From Myxococcota bacterium (GTDB lineage Bacteria; Myxococcota; XYA12-FULL-58-9; JABJBS01): DNA of 54,174 nucleotides. The notes under the pieces are model-generated. The model was not told where the DNA came from, ran no database searches, and saw only the letters and a list, made by a program, of their open reading frames with translations. The stretch spans positions 1 through 54,174 of the forward strand of contig JAYZAY010000071.1 of assembly GCA_036339465.1 (NCBI GenBank). Reading direction: 5' to 3'. Below are positions 49,312-54,174 of this stretch, one piece after another. A program made the position numbers and the translations under genes. The stretch's first letter is position 1; each line of letters begins with the position of its first letter.

Positions 49312-50724
49312 ATGGGTAAGACGCTCTATCAAAAGGTGTGGGAAAACCATATAGTAAAAACTTTGCAAGATGGGCGAGATCAGGTCTTTATCGGTTTACA
49401 TCTGGTGCATGAGGTTACAAGTCCCCAGGCTTTTGGAATGTTGAAGGAGAAGGGACTGAGGGTTAAGTATCCCGGTCGTACCTTTGCGACCGTGGACCAT
49501 ATTATTCCCACAGATGATCCCGTGCGGCCATTCCAAGATGCGAAGGCTGAGGAAATGGTGGCGGCTCTATATGAGAATACACAAGACCACGATATCAAGT
49601 TCTTTGACCCAGCGTCCAACAAGCAGGGTATTATCCATGTGATTGGCCCAGAGTTGGGTCTCACACAGCCGGGAATGACTATTTGCTGTGGGGATTCTCA
49701 TACTTCCACCCATGGTGCTTTTGGGGCTCTCGCTTTCGGAATAGGCACGTCGCAGGTACGTGATGTGCTTGCCACTCAAACCTTGGCCATAAAACGCCTG
49801 AAGGTTCGTCGCATTGAGATTGAGGGTGTCTTGGGCGATGGGGTCTACGCCAAAGATGTCATTTTGCATGTGATTAGGCAATTGGGTGTACACGGTGGTG
49901 TTGGATTTGCCTATGAATTTGGTGGTAGCGCCATCGACTCCATGGAAATGGAAGCGCGGATGACCCTTTGTAATATGGCCATCGAGGGTGGTGCTCGCAT
50001 CGGCTATGTAAACCCCGATCAGAAGACGTTTGAGTATTTAAAGGGCCGTGCATATGCACCGGATGAAAAATGGGAGGAAGCGAAGGCCTATTGGACCGGG
50101 ATTCAAAGTGACCCAGATGCGGACTACGATGACCTTGTGCGCTTTGAGGCAGAAGTTATCAAGCCTACGTTGACGTGGGGGGTTAATCCTGCCCAAGCGA
50201 TTGAAATCGGTGAGGCTTTGCCGGTTATGGAATCCGAGTCTGCTAAGGATGCTGCCAAGTATATGCACCTAGGGGATGTAGACTCTATGCTGGGAGTTCC
50301 GGTGGATGTGGCGTTCATTGGTAGTTGTACCAACGGGCGCTTGAGTGACCTCCGTGAAGTGGCCCGAGTGGTTCAAGGGCATAAGGTTCATGAACGGGTT
50401 CGGGCCTTGATTGTGCCGGGGTCTATGAAGGTAGCATTAGAGGCGGAAGCTGAGGGTATTTCTAAAGTCTTACGAAATGCGGGATTTGAGGTTCGGCAAC
50501 CCGGTTGTTCAATGTGTTTGGCTATGAACCCCGATAAGTTAGTCGGGGATGAGCTTTGTGTTTCGTCGAGCAACCGGAATTTTAAAGGTCGGCAAGGGAG
50601 TAGCTCAGGTCGTACTGTTTTGATGAGTCCGGTTATGGTGGCAGCGGCAGCGGTAACTGGTGCCATTGCAGATCCCAGAGAAGCATTTGGTAAAGGGTTG
50701 AGGTGCAGTTATGGCAATGAGTGA
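49312..50724 (+). CDS. leuC: 3-isopropylmalate dehydratase large subunit
   Basis: [49 protein letters not shown] and NRNF.GRQG. An alternative GTG start at 49303 overlaps the malic enzyme stop. Confidence 0.97.
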   Translation: MGKTLYQKVWENHIVKTLQDGRDQVFIGLHLVHEVTSPQAFGMLKEKGLRVKYPGRTFATVDHIIPTDDPVRPFQDAKAEEMVAALYENTQDHDIKFFDPASNKQGIIHVIGPELGLTQPGMTICCGDSHTSTHGAFGALAFGIGTSQVRDVLATQTLAIKRLKVRRIEIEGVLGDGVYAKDVILHVIRQLGVHGGVGFAYEFGGSAIDSMEMEARMTLCNMAIEGGARIGYVNPDQKTFEYLKGRAYAPDEKWEEAKAYWTGIQSDPDADYDDLVRFEAEVIKPTLTWGVNPAQAIEIGEALPVMESESAKDAAKYMHLGDVDSMLGVPVDVAFIGSCTNGRLSDLREVARVVQGHKVHERVRALIVPGSMKVALEAEAEGISKVLRNAGFEVRQPGCSMCLAMNPDKLVGDELCVSSSNRNFKGRQGSSSGRTVLMSPVMVAAAAVTGAIADPREAFGKGLRCSYGNE

Positions 50725-51313
50725 GACCAAAAGGGTAGGGCGGGGCGTATTTATTCCAGGGAATAATTTGGACACCGACCAGATCACACCCGCCAGATAC
50801 TTAAAGTGTGTTACGTTCGACGAACTTTCAGGGACGCTTTTTTATGATGAGCGTTTTGACTCCGATGGCAACGAAAAGGAGCATCCCATCAACGATCCGC
50901 GATTCAATGGGGCGGGTGTTCTCTTGGTGGGTAAGAATTTCGGTTGTGGCTCATCTCGAGAACATGCACCCCAGGCGATCAAACGTTGTGGCTTTAAGGC
51001 CATCGTGGGCGAAAGTTTTGCTGAGATTTTTCAGGGGAATTGTACGGCACTTGGTGTGCTTTGTGTCACTGCTTCTCAGCCAACCATCGAGAAACTGGCA
51101 AAAGGTATTGAGATGGCTCCGTCTGCGGAAATCGAGATTGATATTGAGACCCAAAGGGTTTCTTCTTTGGGGGCTGAGTATAAATGTAGGATTGATAGCT
51201 CGGTGCGGGATGCGTTTTTGCGGGGCGCATGGGATCCTTTGGATACTCTTCTCTCAGCTGGGGCAGAAATCGATGCAACCTTTAAACAATTACCATATTC
51301 GGGGTGGGTGTGA
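50711..51313 (+). CDS. leuD: 3-isopropylmalate dehydratase small subunit
   Basis: [22 protein letters not shown] and SFAEIF.GN. Confidence 0.96.
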   Translation: MAMSETKRVGRGVFIPGNNLDTDQITPARYLKCVTFDELSGTLFYDERFDSDGNEKEHPINDPRFNGAGVLLVGKNFGCGSSREHAPQAIKRCGFKAIVGESFAEIFQGNCTALGVLCVTASQPTIEKLAKGIEMAPSAEIEIDIETQRVSSLGAEYKCRIDSSVRDAFLRGAWDPLDTLLSAGAEIDATFKQLPYSGWV

Positions 51314-53166
51314 TGTCGAGTTTTTCTAAACCCAATTTACGTATCGTGCGGTTAGCAGACGTCGCTGAAAATAAATCTATGGAGGCTACATCGCTTAAGT
51401 ATCAAACGCCAGCGGCGGGCACATTAACCGAATCCGATGCGACGGGTTTTTGCCCAGAGGAAGCAGTGAGTGGGGCTGAAGCTTTGGTTGAATGTTTGGC
51501 GCAGCATGGTGTTCCATGTGTGTTTGGATATCCAGGCGGGGCCAATATTCCCATTTTCGATGCTATTTTGGATTCGCCCATTGAATTGGTTCTTTGTCGC
51601 CATGAGCAGGGTGGAACCCACATGGCGGATGGCTACGCAAGAACAACCGGAAAGGCTGGTGTGGTCTTGGTTACTTCGGGACCAGGTGCGACCAATACGG
51701 TGACCGGCATTCTTACGGCGCAGATGGATTCTGTTCCTATGGTTGTGATCACCGGTCAGACGGTCACGGGAAACTTGGGACTTGATGCTTTTCAGGAAGC
51801 CGACGTGATGGGGATTACGATGCCCACGGTTAAACACAGCTACCTCGTTAAACGTGTCGAAGACCTGACGCGCATTGTAAAGGAAGCGTTTTATGTTGCC
51901 GAATCGGGGCGTCCGGGTGTGGTCTTGATCGACATTCCTAAGGATGTCTCAGCCAAGAAATATGTGCCAGATTACAATCCTATTTTTGAATTACCAGGGT
52001 ATCATGTGCAAACGGATTTCGAAGAGGCGAAGGTGCAGGAGGTCGCCGAGGCTTTAAGAAAAGCTAAGAAACCCCTGATTTTGGCGGGTCATGGTGTGCT
52101 CATCTCCGGGGGCTCGAAAGCTCTTGCGGAGTTTGTGGAGGGCTATCAGCTTCCCATTACCAACACGCTGCTTGGGAAGGGAAGTTTTCCGGAAACCCAT
52201 GCGTTAAGCGTGGGCATGTTGGGAATGCACGGCACGGCTTATGCCAATAAGGCGGTGGTGGATTGTGACCTGATTATGGCGGTTGGTTCAAGATGGGACG
52301 ACCGAATCGTGGGTAAGGTGTCTGAATTTTGCCCAAATGCACTGAAGATCCATGTGGATATCGATCCTTCTGAATTTGGTAAGATGATTCAGCCAGATAT
52401 TTCGGTGGTGGGTGACGCGCGGCGGGTTTTAGAGCGATTGGTGGAGATTAATACGCCGGGTGATACCAGCGCTTGGCGGGCAAAGGTCGGGGCTTGGAAA
52501 AAGGATTTTCCTTTGACCTATGCAAAGGATGAGGTGCTTCGGGCTCAAGGGGTGATTGAGGAGCTTTACAAACAAACCGGCGGGCGGGCAATCGTGTCAA
52601 CGGACGTGGGTCAGCACCAAATGTGGGCAGCGCAGTTTTTTCGATGTGATCTTCCGGATTCTTGGATCTCTTCAGGGGGCGCGGGCACCATGGGGATTGG
52701 GTTTCCTGCTGCCATTGGTGCACAAATGGCGAAACCGGATGAACTTGTGGTGGCCATTGTGGGGGATGGTGGTTTTCAGATGACCCTCTGTGAATTGGCG
52801 ACGGCGGTGATCCAAAAACTACCGATAAAAGTTTTGATTATCGACAACAAATATCTCGGTATGGTTCGGCAGTGGCAGCATTTGTTTTACGACAATCGCT
52901 TGTCTGGTGTGGATCTGCATGGAAATCCCGACTTTGTCGCATTGGCTGCGGCCTATGGCTGCAAGGGTGTGAAGATTTCTTCGGTCGGTGAACTCAAAGC
53001 CAAGATGGCCGAGGCTCTAGCCTACAACGATGGGCCTTGTATCATTCACGCCGAGGTTTGTTCAGGAGACAACGTTTATCCGATGATACCAGCCGGAGCA
53101 TCTTTGGATGAAATGCTTTTGGGGCCTCCGGTTGCGAAATTAGAGAAACCAGAAGGGAGTACGTGA
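51313..53166 (+). CDS. ilvB: Acetolactate synthase large subunit
   Basis: FGYPGGA, RHEQG..HMADGYAR, TSGPGATN, DAFQE.D, TDVGQHQMW and GDGGFQM (TPP motif). TGATG coupling to leuD. Confidence 0.96.
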   Translation: MSSFSKPNLRIVRLADVAENKSMEATSLKYQTPAAGTLTESDATGFCPEEAVSGAEALVECLAQHGVPCVFGYPGGANIPIFDAILDSPIELVLCRHEQGGTHMADGYARTTGKAGVVLVTSGPGATNTVTGILTAQMDSVPMVVITGQTVTGNLGLDAFQEADVMGITMPTVKHSYLVKRVEDLTRIVKEAFYVAESGRPGVVLIDIPKDVSAKKYVPDYNPIFELPGYHVQTDFEEAKVQEVAEALRKAKKPLILAGHGVLISGGSKALAEFVEGYQLPITNTLLGKGSFPETHALSVGMLGMHGTAYANKAVVDCDLIMAVGSRWDDRIVGKVSEFCPNALKIHVDIDPSEFGKMIQPDISVVGDARRVLERLVEINTPGDTSAWRAKVGAWKKDFPLTYAKDEVLRAQGVIEELYKQTGGRAIVSTDVGQHQMWAAQFFRCDLPDSWISSGGAGTMGIGFPAAIGAQMAKPDELVVAIVGDGGFQMTLCELATAVIQKLPIKVLIIDNKYLGMVRQWQHLFYDNRLSGVDLHGNPDFVALAAAYGCKGVKISSVGELKAKMAEALAYNDGPCIIHAEVCSGDNVYPMIPAGASLDEMLLGPPVAKLEKPEGST

Positions 53167-53696
53167 TGTCTGTGACAGCCCTAGCGAGAGCACACACCAT
53201 TGGTCTTTTATTGAGTAATAAAGCGGGTGTTTTAAATCGAGTGACGTTGGTATTTAGTCGTCGTGGTTGGAATATCGATAGTTTGAGCGTCTCCCCGCGC
53301 AAAGACGAACGGATTTCTCATTGTACCATTGTTGCCCGCGGGGATTCGGCGACGCTCTTTGTTATTATGGGGCAGTTGCGCAAACTTGTGGATGTCATTG
53401 AGGCCGAAGAATATTTCGATGTGATGATGAATGTTCGAGAATTTGCATTGGTTCACTTGAGTGTCGAAGACGAGTCCTGGCAACCATTTCTCGCGCAATT
53501 TGATATTGAATGGACGGAATTGGAGCGCGTTGAACAAGCGGTGACGGTGGAACTCCGCGGAGGTTACCGTGCGGTGGATGAAACCTGCCGAGGGTTGGCC
53601 GATAGATTCCACGTTGTGAATCTCGTGCGCAGCGGTAAAATGCAGATAGAGCGAGAGGGGTATGGATTGGCTCAGAGCAAAGCGACTGGTGTCTAG
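53166..53696 (+). CDS. ilvN: Acetolactate synthase small (regulatory) subunit
   Basis: ACT domain N.AGVL.RV..VFSRRG.NIDSL.V and QLRKLVDV. C-terminal RE.AL and VRSG. TGATG coupling to ilvB. Confidence 0.9.
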   Translation: MSVTALARAHTIGLLLSNKAGVLNRVTLVFSRRGWNIDSLSVSPRKDERISHCTIVARGDSATLFVIMGQLRKLVDVIEAEEYFDVMMNVREFALVHLSVEDESWQPFLAQFDIEWTELERVEQAVTVELRGGYRAVDETCRGLADRFHVVNLVRSGKMQIEREGYGLAQSKATGV

Positions 53697-53781
53697 TGCC
53701 CGATGGGGCAATTTTGGTGGCAGTGACGTTTCGTTTGCTTGGCTTCTGCCGTTCGTTTTAAACACTAAACACTAAATTAGC

Positions 53782-53813
53782 AGGGTGGTTGGTAGGCTTA
53801 CAACGCCCACCCT
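53782..53813. terminator. Imperfect hairpin between the convergent ilvN and map genes
   Basis: AGGGTGG...CCACCCT outer stem with a TTG(G)TA/TACAA inner stem. No strong U-tract. Confidence 0.35.
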
Positions 53814-53882
53814 CAAATTCAAACGCTCACGGGTCAACACCTCTTAGGCTGGATGATTATCCTAAATAACACCTCCGCTTCT

Positions 53883-54174
53883 TTATGGCCGATACTCTTT
53901 GGGGGTGAATTGCCAATTGTCTGGATACCATCGACCCGGTGGTTCCCACGCACCCACATCATTCTGAACTGTTAGTACTTCAAATCCGTCGTCGGTGACC
54001 GCCAGGGTATGTTCGTATTGGGCCGAGAGCTTATGGTCGGCCGTGATGGCGGTCCAGTCGTCATCAAGGACAATGCTTTGGGCCACGCCCTCGTTGATCA
54101 TGGGTTCAATGGTGAACGTCATTCCTGGCCGGAGCCTTAAACCCTTACCTTTTTCGCCGTAGTGCCTTACTTCG
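53883..54174 (-). CDS. map: Type I methionine aminopeptidase, C-terminal part (5' end outside the window)
   Basis: GMTFTIEPMIN.G, D.WT..T.D..LSAQYEHT.AVT..G.E.LT. Confidence 0.95.
   Translation of the reverse strand, partial: EVRHYGEKGKGLRLRPGMTFTIEPMINEGVAQSIVLDDDWTAITADHKLSAQYEHTLAVTDDGFEVLTVQNDVGAWEPPGRWYPDNWQFTPKEYRP

Noticed and set aside
100..53765. Numerous 60-180 aa ORFs antisense to or nested within recognised genes (e.g. 3189..3602, 7274..7810, 44394..44906, 50808..51329, 53232..53765)
   Set aside because: They overlap well-supported genes, lack motifs, and look like shadow ORFs.
53759..53776. Short AAACACT tandem repeat after ilvN
   Set aside because: Only about two copies in AT-rich intergenic DNA. 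It is not a CRISPR or VNTR array.
1..54174. Mobile elements, CRISPR arrays, tRNA/rRNA genes or anti-phage defence systems
   Set aside because: No transposase or integrase motifs, spaced repeats, tRNA arms or defence-family signatures were recognised by eye. recBCD is housekeeping.

Overview
A 54 kb bacterial chromosomal segment of about 50% GC, densely coding. The gene repertoire suggests an environmental Gram-negative, possibly Myxococcota/deltaproteobacterial organism (inference only). I saw no rRNA, tRNA, CRISPR array, transposase or prophage. The left part is a mosaic of mostly stand-alone genes: the 3' end of an MMPL/RND transporter, a FadL-type outer-membrane channel, a PptH-like metallophosphoesterase, two PLP enzymes, a NodU/CmcH carbamoyltransferase, an HDAC-family deacylase, VOC and NRDE proteins, a LolA-like plus beta-barrel pair behind an SLC12-type cation-chloride cotransporter, three hypothetical genes and an alkyl-DHAP synthase homologue. 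The middle holds recC-recB-recD, an AstE/aspartoacylase-family gene, DnaJ-related, PilZ and TPR-GT9 genes, moaB, a DUF5690-like transporter and a split mnmC. The right part is a branched-chain amino acid supercluster (ilvD; ilvC-cimA-leuA-leuB-malic enzyme-leuC-leuD-ilvB-ilvN), then the 3' end of map. Two highlights are not shown by the ORF track alone. First, ilvC is preceded by a complete ribosome-dependent attenuator: a sigma70 promoter, a 51-aa leader peptide with 11 consecutive Leu/Val/Ile codons, a 16-bp antiterminator and an overlapping terminator. Second, a malic enzyme sits between leuB and leuC inside this attenuated citramalate-pathway operon. All family assignments come from motif recognition, not database searches.
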